Source: Mobula hypostoma (taxonomy: Eukaryota). From it: DNA of 64,000 nucleotides. The stretch lies in the NCBI RefSeq assembly GCF_963921235.1, contig NC_086097.1, forward strand, positions 133,922,001 through 133,986,000, in the 5' to 3' direction. The notes under the pieces are model-generated. The model saw only the letters and a list, made by a program, of their open reading frames with translations, made no database searches and was not told the DNA's origin. Every line of letters starts with the position of its first letter. Position 1 is the first letter of the stretch. A program made the position numbers and the translations under genes. Below are positions 1-11,960 of this stretch, one piece after another.

Positions 1-1125
1 CTACCTGCTTCAAAAGTGCCCCAAAAGAGCCGGGTGCACTGCCTCAAAGACTTTCACCCAGTTACACTCACATTTATGGTGATGAAGTGATTTGAGAGGT
101 TGGTCATGGCTAGAATCAACCCCTGCTTACGCAAGGACCTAGACCCGTTGCAATTTGCCTATCGCCAGAATAGGTCTACAGTGGATGCAATCTCACTGGC
201 TCTCCACTTGGCCTTCGATCAGCTGGACAATGGTAATACCTACATCAGACTGCTGTTTATTGATTACAGATCAGCCTTCAACACAATCAGACCCTTAGTC
301 CTAATGAACAACCTCCAAAGCCTGGACCTCTCTACCGTCACCTGCAACTGGATCCTTGCCCTCCTCACTGGGAGACCACAGTCAGTGCAAATTGGAAATA
401 ACATTTCCTTCTCACTAATAATCAATACTCACACACCTCAAGCTTGTGTGCTTAGCCCACTGCTCCAACCTTGTTACACCATAACTGTGTGGCTAGGTGC
501 AGCTCAAAGGGCATCTATAAATTTGCCAATGTCACAACTATTGTTGGCAGAATTTCAAATGGTGCGGGAGCAAGATAGATCAACTGGTTCAGTGGTGTCA
601 CTACAACAACCTTTCACTCAGCATCAGTAAGACCAAGGAATTGATTGTGGATTTCAGGAGGGGGAAGTCAGGGGAACTCACACCAGTCGTCACTGAGGGA
701 TCAGCAGTGTAGTAGGTATTGAGCACTTTCAAGTTCCTGGGTGTCAACATACCTGACAGTCTATCTTGGTCCCAACATATTGCTGCAATTACAAAGAAGG
801 CACAACAGTGGCTATCTTGCATTTGGAATTTCAGGAGACTTAGTACGTCATCAAAGCTCTTTCAAATTTCTACAGATGTACTGTGGAGAACATTCTAACT
901 GAAACGACCTGTACAGGCCTAATCACTAATTCATGCAGCACTATGATCACTTTACAATGTAATAGACATTATTTTCTAATTGTTTTCTTTTTCATAAAAA
1001 ATTGTATATGTTGTTAATTTATGCTATGTATTTCTAATGCTATGTACCTGTGATGCTGTTGCAAGCAACCTTTTGCATCTATGCATACATGCACTTGAGT
1101 TTATGACAATAAATTCAACTTTGAC
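1..1125 (+). mobile_element. Degenerate Rex1/Babar-type LINE fragment (RT region and 3' tail)
   Basis: ORF 100..630 has LDPLQFAYRQNRSTVDAISLALH...RLLFIDYRSAFNTI...CNWIL..LTGRPQSV, typical of Rex1 RT; frameshifted; ends in aataaa plus a short tail near 1108-1125. Confidence 0.85.
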
Positions 1126-1751
1126 TTTATGTGATTTCATGAATAAGGGTTATAATTGCCTTTAATGTAGTGCGAGAAATACTTGAACATTTTCCTTCTC
1201 TCAAAAGCAAGGGTGAGAAATTTTGTGGAAGCAACAGAACACAGACCCGTTGCTTCTGATAGCCATTGAAATTGTGAAGCATGTAAATATATCCAAAATC
1301 ATGGATAACAGGTGTGAATTTTAACTCTCCCCACTTTGCATGCCTTGGTGTAAAAGGTGCCATTCACACTACGTGCTGTTGCCAATAATCCTCCTGTACC
1401 TCACTCTAAATGGCAACACTTCTATGAGAGAGTTATCATCACGGACTGCTTGGTAGTGAAAGGAATCACAAAATGAAACTGAATTTCATCGTGGGATGCT
1501 GAATTCTGAACTGTTTGCAATAATTTTCTTATCTCTGGGTTAAATTTGAACTGAGGGAGCAAGTAAATTGGGGACAAAACATGGAGTGTTGCAATTATAA
1601 AGAGAGCAACAAAAGTACTCAGAACTTGCTTCACGGAAGAAAAGAGAGATAGGAAAGAATCTCAATGCATATAAAATCATTTATAACCATCTTTCAAATT
1701 ACAACTACTCCAAGGAAAGGAAGTAATAAATATATTTATTTATTTATATTT

Positions 1752-2937
1752 AACCGTGTCTACGCCCACCCGCACAAGCCAGCGAGCACTGTGAGGGTCA
1801 TGTTTTTTGACTTCTCCAGTGTGTTCAACACCATCCGCCCTGCTCTGCTGGGGGAGAAGCTGACAGCGATGCAGGTGGATGCTTTCCTGGTGTCATGGAT
1901 TCTTGATTACCTGACTGGCAGACCACAGTACGTGTGCTTGCAACACTGTGTGTCCGACAGAGTGATCAGCAGCACTGAGGCTCCACAGGGGACTGTCTTG
2001 TCTCCCTTTCTCTTCACCATTTACACCTCGGACTTCAACTACTGCACAGAGTCTTGTCATCTTCAGAAGTTTTCGGGTGACTCTGCCATAGTTGGATGCA
2101 TCAGCAAGGGAGATGAGGCTGAGTACAGGGCTACGGTAGGAAACTTTGTCGCATGGTGTGAGCAGAATTATCTGCAGCTCAATGTGAAAAAGACTAAGGA
2201 GCTGGTGGTAGACCTGAGGAGAGCTAAGGTACCGGTGACCCCTGTTTCCATCCAGGGGGTCAGTGTGGACATGGTGGAGGATTACAAATACCGGGGGATA
2301 CGAATTGACAATAAACTGGACTGGTCAAAGAACACTGAGACTGTCTACAAGAAGGGTCAGAGCCGTCTCTATTTCCTGAGGAGACTGAGGTCCTTTAACA
2401 TCTGCCTGACGATGCTGAGGATGTTCTACGAGTCTGTAGTGGCCAGTGCTATCATGTTTGCTGTTGTGTGCTGGGGCAGCAGGCTGAGGGTAGCAGACAC
2501 CAACAGAATCAACAAACTCATTCGTAAGGCCAGTGATGTTGTGGGGATGGAACTGGACTCTCTCACGGTGGTGTCTGAAAAGAGGATGCTGTCTAAGTTG
2601 CATGCCATCTTGGTCAATGTCTCCCATCCACTACATAATGTACTGGTTGGGCGCAGGAGTACATTCAGCCAGAAACTCATTCCACCGAGATGCAGCACAG
2701 AGCGTCATAGGAAGTCATTCCTGCCTGTGGCCATCAAACTTTACAATTCCTCCCTTGGAGGTTCAGACACCCTGAGCCGATAGGCTGGTCCTGGACTTAT
2801 TTCATAATTTACTGGCATAATTTACATATTACTATTTAACTATTTATGGTTCTATTACTATTTATTATTTATGGTGCAACTGCAACGAAAACCAATTTCC
2901 CCCGGGATCAATAAAGTATGACTATGACTATGACTAT
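1752..2937 (+). mobile_element. Young 5'-truncated Rex1/Babar LINE (RT C-terminal half, 3' UTR, (TATGAC)n tail)
   Basis: Open frame VRVMFFDFSSVFNTI...PQGTVLSPFLFTIYTSD...QKFSGDSAIVG (catalytic DD changed to GD)...SFLPVAIKLYN; AATAAA followed by (tatgac)3. Confidence 0.92.
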
Positions 2938-2954
2938 ATACCTCAAGAAATGAA

Positions 2955-3160
2955 ACACTGGAAACATACAGCAAGTCAAGCAGCTACTGTGGAGAGGGAG
3001 AAACAGAGTTAACATCTCAGGTCAAAGACCTTATTTCATCAAAATTTTCTAGTTCTGATGAATGGTTTTCAACATGAAATATTGACTCTCTCTCCACAGA
3101 TGCTGCCTGACTTGCTGAGTATTTCCACACTTCCTATTTGAGATTTCCAGCATCTGTAGT
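2955..3160. repeat. Inverted pair of Penelope-derived terminal repeats; the right arm carries a hammerhead motif
   Basis: The left arm (cagcaagtcaagcagctactgtggagag...) is a degenerate reverse complement of the right arm (...ctctccacagatgctgcctgacttgctg). Confidence 0.6.
3051..3087 (+). ncRNA. Minimal type I hammerhead ribozyme motif with intact core
   Basis: AGUU-CUGAUGA-AUGGUUUUCAACAU-GAAA-UAUU-GACU: stem I AGUU/GACU, CUGAnGA and GAAA core boxes, weak stem II (AUG/CAU), palindromic AUAU stem III, NUH triplet AUU. Confidence 0.5.
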
Positions 3161-4789
3161 TTTTTAAAAAATTTTCACCGCTTTAGATAAATATCACTAG
3201 AAACCCCAGTTCCACCTTTTCTTCTTGGAATGTGAATAAGGAATTTACTCAGGTATATATCAAAGATATACTCTTCCTGTCTAACTGCTTGAATACCCCT
3301 TGTTACCATGATGTATTTTCACTGACAAACCTAAACCCATTATTTCCTTCACAGAACAGTTATATCAGTGGAGAGGGACTGCACAACTGGATTACTTTAG
3401 TTGCAGCTTCTAGTAGTTTGCAGACGTGATATATGTATGTAAAGTTCACGGCCAATATACTTAGACTGATATTTGGTCACCGTTATATTGTTGTCTGTGG
3501 AATCCATCCATGTACAAACTTACTGTTGCATGTCCAACAACAGAATTGAGACCAAACTTCAGCAGTACAAACTTAGAAAAGATGTTGTGTAAGAAGTTTT
3601 CTTTTAAGTATCATGAATAAACCAGTTGTGATCTCTTCTTGTTTAATTTTACTAGAGCTAGATTTTATTTCTTCTCTCACAGCTTATGGTTGTTTTAATA
3701 GAAGAGAGAATATTAGAGAAGTGATGGAACAGAACAGATAGAGACAGACAGATTTGAGCCATTGATTGACCTGAAGAATGGGGACAAGTTATTAGACTGA
3801 ATGAGATGGAGAACTCAATGCCCTCCAAAGTCTGAGAGAGGACAGAAACTCTATCAACTGAATAGGATGAATTAATGGTCAGGTTTTGAGAGATAACCAA
3901 GGCCTTGCAAAAGTTTGAGATGAACTTATGAAAATTCAGCTATGTTGCAGGCGAGACAAATTGTGGACATGTTTAACAATTGCAAAGAAGGATATTAAAA
4001 TAATGAGGCATTTTTTCTTTTCTCAAGGCAACTATGAGTTTTTGGGACTCTTCTCAAAGACCAATGAATGCAGAGACTTCTTATATTTTAAAAGAAAGAG
4101 GTAGAAAGATCTTTTATTCACAAGAGAGAGACTGGTTACTGCAAGGAGACTGGAATGAGGAGAAACAATTCTGATCTTATTGAACAATGGCGTAAGCTCA
4201 AGGGGTGAGGTGACTAACTCCTGCTCCTAGTTTATGCATTCGTATGCTCATACATTGCCTCAGCAGAGGCTATGAATGCCATTAGGTGATATTACTCAAG
4301 TACACCCTCCTATACTGTAACTGTCTACACCTGGAAAGCACATCAATAGAATTATTGCCTGAATATTCATCCCAATTAATCATGGCACATAGTGGCATCA
4401 GCACTGGCTTCCCTGACTCTGATACATTTCACTGTCTCTAATGGAAATCATTTCAGAGGTAGAATTGAACGTGATGATACTACTATGTAGGGCATTTAGT
4501 GTTAATGAGCAGGGATGAATCTCTAGGCAATAACTCTTTTGAAGTACCTTCCGAGTACAGTCATTGCTGTAATGTAGGAGGGAGTGCTGGAAGATTATAA
4601 GAATTGTAAATTAGCTAAGTTACAAGCAGCTGTAGTGGTGAGCCACTGATTCGGCCACACAAGTTCAAGTCCACCATGAGAAAGTTCAGATGAGGGAGTT
4701 AGATAAATGTGACATTTTTTAAAATAGTGAGTAACAGCAACTATTGTATTGTCGTAAAAGCCACATGATCCTAGTATCCTCCAAAGACA

Positions 4790-5200
4790 CATTCCTCCCA
4801 CTGTCTCCCTTTCCCCACTGTTTACCTGTTCCTCCCCCCACCTCTGTTACTTGATCCCATGCTCCACCTTTGTCTGCTTTCACATTCCATCATCTGCAGC
4901 CCTTCTAACTGTGAGCTACTACCACCTCCTGACTTCTGACACCAGTCCCATTCTCCCCATTCCCTCCATTCCCTCATCTGCTTATCACCTGGACCTACCT
5001 ATCATGTGCTAGGTCTTGTTCCATCCCTTCCTTCCACCTTTTTATACTGGCTATCACACGCCCCATCCCCATCTTTCAGTCCAGGTGAAGGGTCTCAACC
5101 TAAAATGCTGATTGATAAATTTTCCTCTACACCACAGATGCTTCCTGACCTGTTGAGTTCTCTTAACTCCGGAATCCAGCATCAGCAGTCTCCTGCATCT
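4790..5200 (+). mobile_element. Penelope-like element 3' UTR remnant
   Basis: Pyrimidine-rich tract followed by ttcagtccaggtgaagggtctcaacctaaaatgctga (decayed hammerhead) and agatgcttcctgacctgttgagttc, shared with the other copies. Confidence 0.65.
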
Positions 5201-7444
5201 CAAAGGAAGGAAATTTGCCATTCTTACCCAGTTTGGCCTGTGCATGACTACCTTTCAGCCTTCTTCCCAGTTCAGGCAGGAGAAATAAGAGATAGGCGAT
5301 AAATACCAGCTGAAGCAGTGACCTCAATTTCCTGTGATTTAATAAGTAATTAAAGAACTCAAACCTACACAGTGGTGGAATCTTGCTGCTTATTGACAGA
5401 TCTCATGTAAAGTCACTGGGAATGTTCTCAGAGTTGAATGGTATTTTTAAAACCTAAATGTTCAAAGTGTTAAAGGAGAAGTTTGCTTGAGATAAAGTGG
5501 ATCTGCAGACAATTCTGGCAATAAGCAAAGCACAATTCTACCTATATTAATGACATGCCAAATTTACAAAGGGGCCTGATAATCACTCCTCAAACTTTTA
5601 TATTTCCTCTCCTCATTCATTAGTTGTTCCACTCAATACCTATAATGAATAATGCTCCAAAATATTAACACCTTTTCTCATCTCACTGCTGCCATCAGGC
5701 AGAAGATATGGGAGCCCGAAGACACACATCTCAAAGTTCAACAACTGTTTATTCCCAACTGCCATCAGGTTCTTGAAACGACCTGAAAACCCGAACACTT
5801 CTTTATGCCTCTCTCAATTTGCACTGGTGTTATTATGTTTAGTTTGTTATTTCTGTTCATGTGCAAGTTATGTATAATTTATGTTCAGTTAATCTTTGCT
5901 AACTTATGGTTGTTATGTTTGTAAGGTACTCTGCTGTGACTGCAAAATTCTGATTTTCATGGCATTTGTACCATGTGTATGCCTGAACTTGAACTTCAGT
6001 ACTTAGATGACAATGACCATGATTTACATACTCATTGGACTTTGTTTCTATTTATCCATGATTAACAAAACCAAACGCACCCTATCTATTGACACCAAAC
6101 AACAAAGCAACAAATCTCCCTTAACTGGAAACTTCAGATGCAGATAACTTTGTGAATTAAATTATGGATGACATTATTCACTGCTGTATACTTTCTGTTC
6201 CTTAGAAAATAAATGTCCTTTTCCTTCTCTCTATCACAGGATGTCTCACTCTCTCACCCAATACCATCTCTTTTTCAAAACTGCACTGTCCCTGAAGATG
6301 TGGGGAGCAAGGAAGAATCGAGATGTCTTGCTTTTTGACTCCCTATGCAACATTGCCTCCAGTAGATCCACCAGCTCATAAATATGTGGAAAATCTTACT
6401 TCCTTGAAGGTGGTTTTAAAGCGACCTCCAAGTCTATTTCAAGATGTTCCAAAACACCTTGGAGCTGTGAAGTGTGTGGTACAAGAAATACAGTGGTCAA
6501 TTGCACCGAACATTGTGCAAGGCAATACTGGCCAGGACACTGAGAAGGAAGGACACATACATCTGTCAAAATACTGCAATTGGAAATTTCAAGCTCATAT
6601 GTGTGAGCCTTCGTTTAACATTTCATCCAATGAAAAGCAGCTCCAGCCATATCACGCTTCCTTCCTATTCTACCTGGGGAGTCAGCTGAAAGTTCTATGC
6701 TCAGATCTCCAGAGTGACCGTGGACCTATAACCATCTAACTCAGAGGAGAGAGCAGCATCCATGAAGTCCCCAGCTAACGAAACAGAAAGTTATATAATT
6801 ACAAGTTTTTACAATATTTAAACAAGTTGTTGTTTAAATATTAAGGCATATTCCTATTTAATTAGTTCCCCTGGGCAGATTTTGCTGGTATTGCAGGTGT
6901 CTCCTGTAGTATAAGAAATATGTCTGCATAACCACTGGTAATTTTATGATCACTCAATTTTTGCCCAACCCAATTTAAATGAAAACCTCTCTTTAATCAT
7001 AACCACTTAAGCATCTGTAATTGAATGAGCCCCTATTTCACAATACAAACAAAACTCCAGAGATGACAGATTCCAAACTATTTAACTTTTTCACTCACAC
7101 AAATCAATAATTAACTTTCAGCGAAGTGTCTTCTAGAAGGAATGAACTCAATTGATTTTTACCCCGTAAAATCAATTCTATTTCATATGCATGTGGCACA
7201 CACAAATAGAGATGCACCACAATAAAAGCTGTTGCCTGTAAAAATTAAAACTTCCCTCTCAATACTAATAAATGCAGTCATGAAACCGTTTCTGTGCTAT
7301 TGAAGATATGGTCATCAAATAGCAATCTTCACTTTTGCACCAAAAAAGGAATTTAGACCTCTTTATTTATAACATCGCTGCCAGTATTTATCCGTTCCTG
7401 ATTTGCCCCTTGAATTGAGGAGGCAGCTAGGAATCAACTTCACT

Positions 7445-8370
7445 GTAGAACATAGAATCATAGAGTCACACAGCAGAATACAGGCTCTTAGGGCCAACTT
7501 CTCCCTTCTGACCAAGTGGTATATCCAAGATAACCAGATTGGAAATGTTGCTTTAAGGAAAGAGGGGGGGGGAGGCGGAAGGTTTAAAGGAGATTTATGA
7601 GCAAGGTTTTTTGACATAGAGAATGGATCGCACTGCCAGGGAAAGTGGTGAAAGAAAATATGATTGTGGCATTTAGATGGCACGTGAACAGGGAATGGAG
7701 AGATAGAGACCATGTGCAGGCAGAAGGGATTAGCTTTTTTTGGCACTATGGTCATGAGCCGAAGGGCTACCTACTGTGCTGTACTCGACTATGTTCTGTT
7801 TGATATGTCCCATTTGCCATTTTTGGTCCATATCCTTCTAAACCTTTTACAAAGTGCAGAGAGCACAGAATATTACAGCACAGGAACAGGCCCTTGGGCT
7901 CATGATATCTGTGCCAAAAACAATGCCAAATTAAAATAAATCTCTTCTGCCTGTACAATCTCCCTCCATTCCCTGCATATTTATGTCTCTCTAAAAGCCT
8001 CTTAAATGCCGCTATCATATCTGCTTCCAACACTACCACTGGCAGCCTGTTCCAGGCACCTACCATTTTCTGTGTAAAAACCTGCCCCACACTTCCCCTA
8101 AACTACCCCCTCTCACCTTAAGTGCATATCCTTCAGTATTTGACACTGTACTACTCTGGGAAAATAGATTTTGATAGTCTTCCCTATCTATCCATGTACC
8201 TGTCAAAATGAATTTTCTATATTTTCTATCCATGTATAGTTTAGAAAAGATGTTTTCTAAGCATCTTTTAAATATTGTAATTCTACCTTCCTCTACCACT
8301 TACTCTGGCAGCTCATTACATCTACCCAACATGCTCAGTGTGAAAAGGCTTTTCTTTAGATCTCTTTCAA
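7445..8370. mobile_element. Cluster of CR1 3'-end fragments in both orientations
   Basis: The minus-strand ORF has FTQKMVGAWNRLP..VLEADMIAAFKRLLERH, the typical CR1 ORF2 C-terminus, with gccgaagggc..tgtgctgta 3' ends. Confidence 0.75.
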
Positions 8371-8509
8371 ATCTTTCCCCTCATCCTCCTTCCCTTTCTG
8401 CTCTAGTCCACTCTCCTCTCCTATCAGATTCCTCCTTCTCCAGCCCTTTACCTGTCTACCCACCGAACTTCACCTATCACCTTCTAACTAGCTTCCTTCA
8501 CCTCCTCTA

Positions 8510-9370
8510 ACAAGCGAGAATCTGCAGATGCTGGAAATCCCAGCAACACACACAAAATGCTGGAGGAACTCAGCAGGCCAGGCAACATCCATGGAAAAGA
8601 GTACAGTTCACGTTCGGCAGGACTGGAGAAGAAAACCCGAGGAGTAGATTTAAAAGGTGGGGGAGGGGGGAGAGAAACACAAGGTGATAGGTGAAACCAG
8701 AAGGGGGATGATGAAGTAAAGAGTTGGAAAGCTGATTGGTGAAAGAGACAGGAAGCCATGGAAGAAAGAAAGGTGGGGGGGGGGGAGGAGAAGCACCAGA
8801 GGGAGGTGGTGGGCGGGCAAGGAGAGAAAGTGAGAGAGGGAAAAGGGAATGGGAAATGGTGAAGGGGGGGTGGGGGGCATTACCGGAAGCTCCAGAAATC
8901 AATGTTTATGCCGTTAGGTTGGAGGCTACCCAAACGGAATATAAGGTGTTGTTCCTCCAACCTAACTGTGGCCTCAACATGACAGTGGAGGAGACCATGG
9001 ATAGTCATATTGAAATGGGAATGGGAAGTGAAATTAAAATTAGTGGCCAGTGGGAGACGCCATTTTTTCAGTTGGATGGAGCCTAAATGCTCAGCGAATC
9101 TACGTTGGGTCTCACCGATATTCAGGAGGCCACACAGTACATGACCCCAACAGGCTCACAGGTGAAGTGTCGTCTCACCTGGAAAGACTGTTTAGGGCCT
9201 TGAATGGTAGTGAGGGAGGGGTGTAGGGTTAGGTGTAGCACTTGTTCCGCTTGCAAGGATAAGTGTCAGGAGGGAGATCAGTGGGGAGGGACGAATGGTC
9301 AAGGGAGTTGTGTAGGGTGAAATCCCTACAGAAAGCAGAAAGTGGGAGGCAGGGAAAGATCTGCTTGGAT
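8510..9370 (-). mobile_element. Penelope-like element fragment (GIY-YIG region and 3' UTR)
   Basis: Minus-strand translation includes SSLPTDLPPDTYPCKRNKCYT and LEEQHLIFRLGSLQPNGINIDF-like sequence, followed by a pyrimidine-rich UTR and the cctgctgagttcctccagcattttgtgtg terminus. Confidence 0.85.
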
Positions 9371-9393
9371 CTTCCAACCATGTTACTTGTAAA

Positions 9394-10052
9394 TGACAAA
9401 ACCAAGGATTTGGCAGTGCAGTAGATATGGCAATTGCATTTATGAATTTGCACATGTCAGCTAATTATTATTTAATTGTGATAGTACTTAACTCCATACT
9501 TGTCATCGTGCTTGTCGAGACTTCGAAAGAGCACAGAAACACTTCGCTACCTGTTTGCATTCGGCCTTCACTAAGAAATTGGACTGTCGAGTCAACTGAC
9601 TCTGAAGACTAGTGGTATTCATTTAATGTTTAGATTTTCTTTTCAGCCACAGTATAGGCTTCATTTTCCATTTGAGAGTTTTAGTTAATGGCCCTATTTG
9701 GCCTAGCATTTATTGTTATTTTCCCTTTAACTGTTCGCATTTAAGTTTTGTGAACTATTGACCTGCTTCAGTGTCTCTCACTCCACACTTGGGCCATATC
9801 CAAACCTGGTAACACAAAGATGGACCCAGCAGAGAGAGAGCAGCTGACCTTGGCCGTGAGATTCATTGGTCAGGTAGGAGACAAGCAAACAGACAGTGAA
9901 GTGTTGCTGTGCTCTGTTCAAGTCTTGATAAGTACTAAGACAACAAGTATGGAGTTAAATACTATCACGTTTAAATAATAATCAGCTGACACGTGCAAAT
10001 TCACAAGTGAAATTGCCATATCTACTGCACTGCGGAATCCATGGTTGTGACA
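9394..10052. mobile_element. 659-bp TG...CA element with ~165-bp terminal inverted repeats (Gypsy-LTR-derived or Ginger-like non-autonomous element)
   Basis: 9394-9558 is an imperfect reverse complement of 9885-10052 (TGACAAAACCAAGGATTTGGCAGTGCAGTAGATATGG vs TGTCACAACCATGGATTCCGCAGTGCAGTAGATATGG); flanks GTAAA / GTAAG. Confidence 0.75.
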
Positions 10053-10059
10053 GTAAGAA

Positions 10060-10348
10060 CGCCATCCCCTTCTCTTAATTCCTCCATCTCTGCCGCATCT
10101 GCTCTCAGGATGTTGCTTTTTCATTCTAGAACAAAGGAAATGTCCTCTTTATCAAAGAAGGGGGCTTTCCTTCCTCCACCACCAACACTGCCCTCAACTG
10201 CATCTCTTCTGTTTCATGCATGTCTGCTTTTACCCCATCCTCCCGCCACCCAACTAGGCATATTGTTTCCCTTGTCCTCACCTACCACCCAACTAGCCTC
10301 CACGTCCAGCACATAATTCTCTGGAACTTCTGCCATCTCCAATGCACA
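10060..10348 (+). mobile_element. Penelope-like element fragment (RT C-terminal/linker region)
   Basis: Degenerate AIPFS.FL.L.RICSQD..FHSRTKEMSS sequence typical of Penelope-like ORFs. Confidence 0.7.
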
Positions 10349-11064
10349 TCCGGTAATGTTTAAACGGGCCCATGCAGGGGATAGTGAATACATGAAATGA
10401 GCTGCCAGAGAAGGCAGTTGAGACAGATATGACAGTACCATTTAAGAAGCATTTGGATAGGTACGTGGAAGGGCATGGCTTAGAAGGATATGGGTTCAGT
10501 GGAGGAAACTGGGACTAGCTGGGAGGGCACTGTGATCAACATGGACTGATTGGGCCGAATGGCCTGCTATATTACTCTATGACTCTCTTGAGTAGCTGAT
10601 TTAATAATGACATGACACACTGTGCAAATCACACCGACCCAGAAGTACTAGTTACACATTCTGTGCAATCAGCTTGTCTCAAAAATTAAGGAGACTGTAT
10701 TCTTATAGCACCTTTTAAAATCTAAAAGCACTTCATAGTCACTTTCGTAATAATCCTCAATTTAAAGATAAGTAGCTTCCACAAACAACAAAGTAATAAT
10801 GACCTTATAAACTGTAAAGAGATTAATAATGACACACTTTTGGGAAGTACACCTGCGCTTTCCATGCTTTTTTCCAGCCACATAACAGGGCAGAATGGGG
10901 CTTGATCTAACATCTCACCTGAAAGGAAGCACATAACTAGGTAACTCTCTCTTATTCAGGCTGAGATCAGCCCAGACCTTCATGTTGAATGAAGTCTTTG
11001 GCATGAGACGAAGACACAGCCTTCAGAGAGACAGCCTCATCCTACACTAACAGGGCTGCACCTA

Positions 11065-11510
11065 GAACACAGAACATTGGACAGTACAACACAAAGAACA
11101 GCTCTGTGCTGTTCAGCTCACAATGTTGTGCTGAACTAATTAAATCGGTAAATAAATGCTTAACTACACTGATCCCTTCTACCTACACAAGCTCCGTATC
11201 CCTCCATTCTTTGCATAATTATGTGTCTATCTAAGAGCCTCGTAAATGCCACAAGTCTATCCCTGGCAACACATTCCAGGCACCCACTACTCTCTGTGTA
11301 AATAAACTTACCCCACACATCCGCTTTGAACTTACCTCCTCTCACCTTAAATCCAAGCCCTCGAGTGGTAGATATTTCAACCCTGGCAGAATATAATGGC
11401 TGCCGACTCTATCTGTGCCTCTCATAGTTCTGTAAACTTCTATCGGGTCCACTCAGCCTCTACTGCCCCAGAGAAAGCAACTCAGGTTTGTCAGACCTCC
11501 CTTATGGCAC
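11065..11510 (-). mobile_element. CR1 3'-end fragment
   Basis: RGGKFKADVWGKF...AFTRLLDRH..MQRMEGYG on the minus strand. Confidence 0.75.
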
Positions 11511-11779
11511 CAGTGGCTATGAATGATGAGCCATTGCTGACAGTGAGGAACCAGGATAAGTAATGGTTACAGATATGAAACAACACGGCTCCCTCAACAG
11601 GGAAGTCCTGCAGGAAAATAATGCTACACGGGGTGAAGATTTGTACAGCACAAAACCAGGCCCTTCAACCACAGAGTCTGTACTGACTACTAACTGCCCA
11701 GTTGGCACGAATACTTCCCACTTTCCCATCAGCTCCCAGCCTCTCACAGATTATGCCACTCATCCGCAAACCAGGGGCT

Positions 11780-11960
11780 TCTACTGCAGCCAATTAACTT
11801 TACTGACAGGTTGGTCTTTGAGAAGTAGAAAGAAACCAGAATACCAGAGCGTGATTACAAGTGGAATGCGCGAACCCCACATACGGACAGTGCCCGAGGT
11901 CAGGATCGAACCTGGGTCGCTGGAGCCGTGAGGCAGCAGCTGCGCCACTGTGCTGCCTAG
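11780..11960 (-). mobile_element. tRNA-derived SINE (V-SINE/HE1-like)
   Basis: Minus strand GGCAGCACAGTGGCGCAGCTGCTGCCTCACGGCTCCAGCGACCCAGGTTCGATCCTGACC with a B-box (GGTTCGATCC), then a V-domain-like tract; related copies near 18340-18520 and 37800-37980. Confidence 0.7.

Noticed and set aside
1665..1751. N-terminus of the 372-aa ORF (MHIKSFITIFQ...)
   Set aside because: Chance in-frame flanking sequence upstream of a 5'-truncated Rex1; the RT catalytic motif is mutated, so this is not a domesticated gene.
6240..6739. Plus-strand acceptor-like site at 6239/6240 and a 138-aa ORF
   Set aside because: No recognisable domain, an in-frame stop lies between the acceptor and the ATG, and there are no supporting partner exons.
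11890..11960. tRNA gene suggested by the GGTTCGATCC B-box
   Set aside because: No complete cloverleaf, and it continues into a SINE body, so it is a tRNA-derived SINE head.
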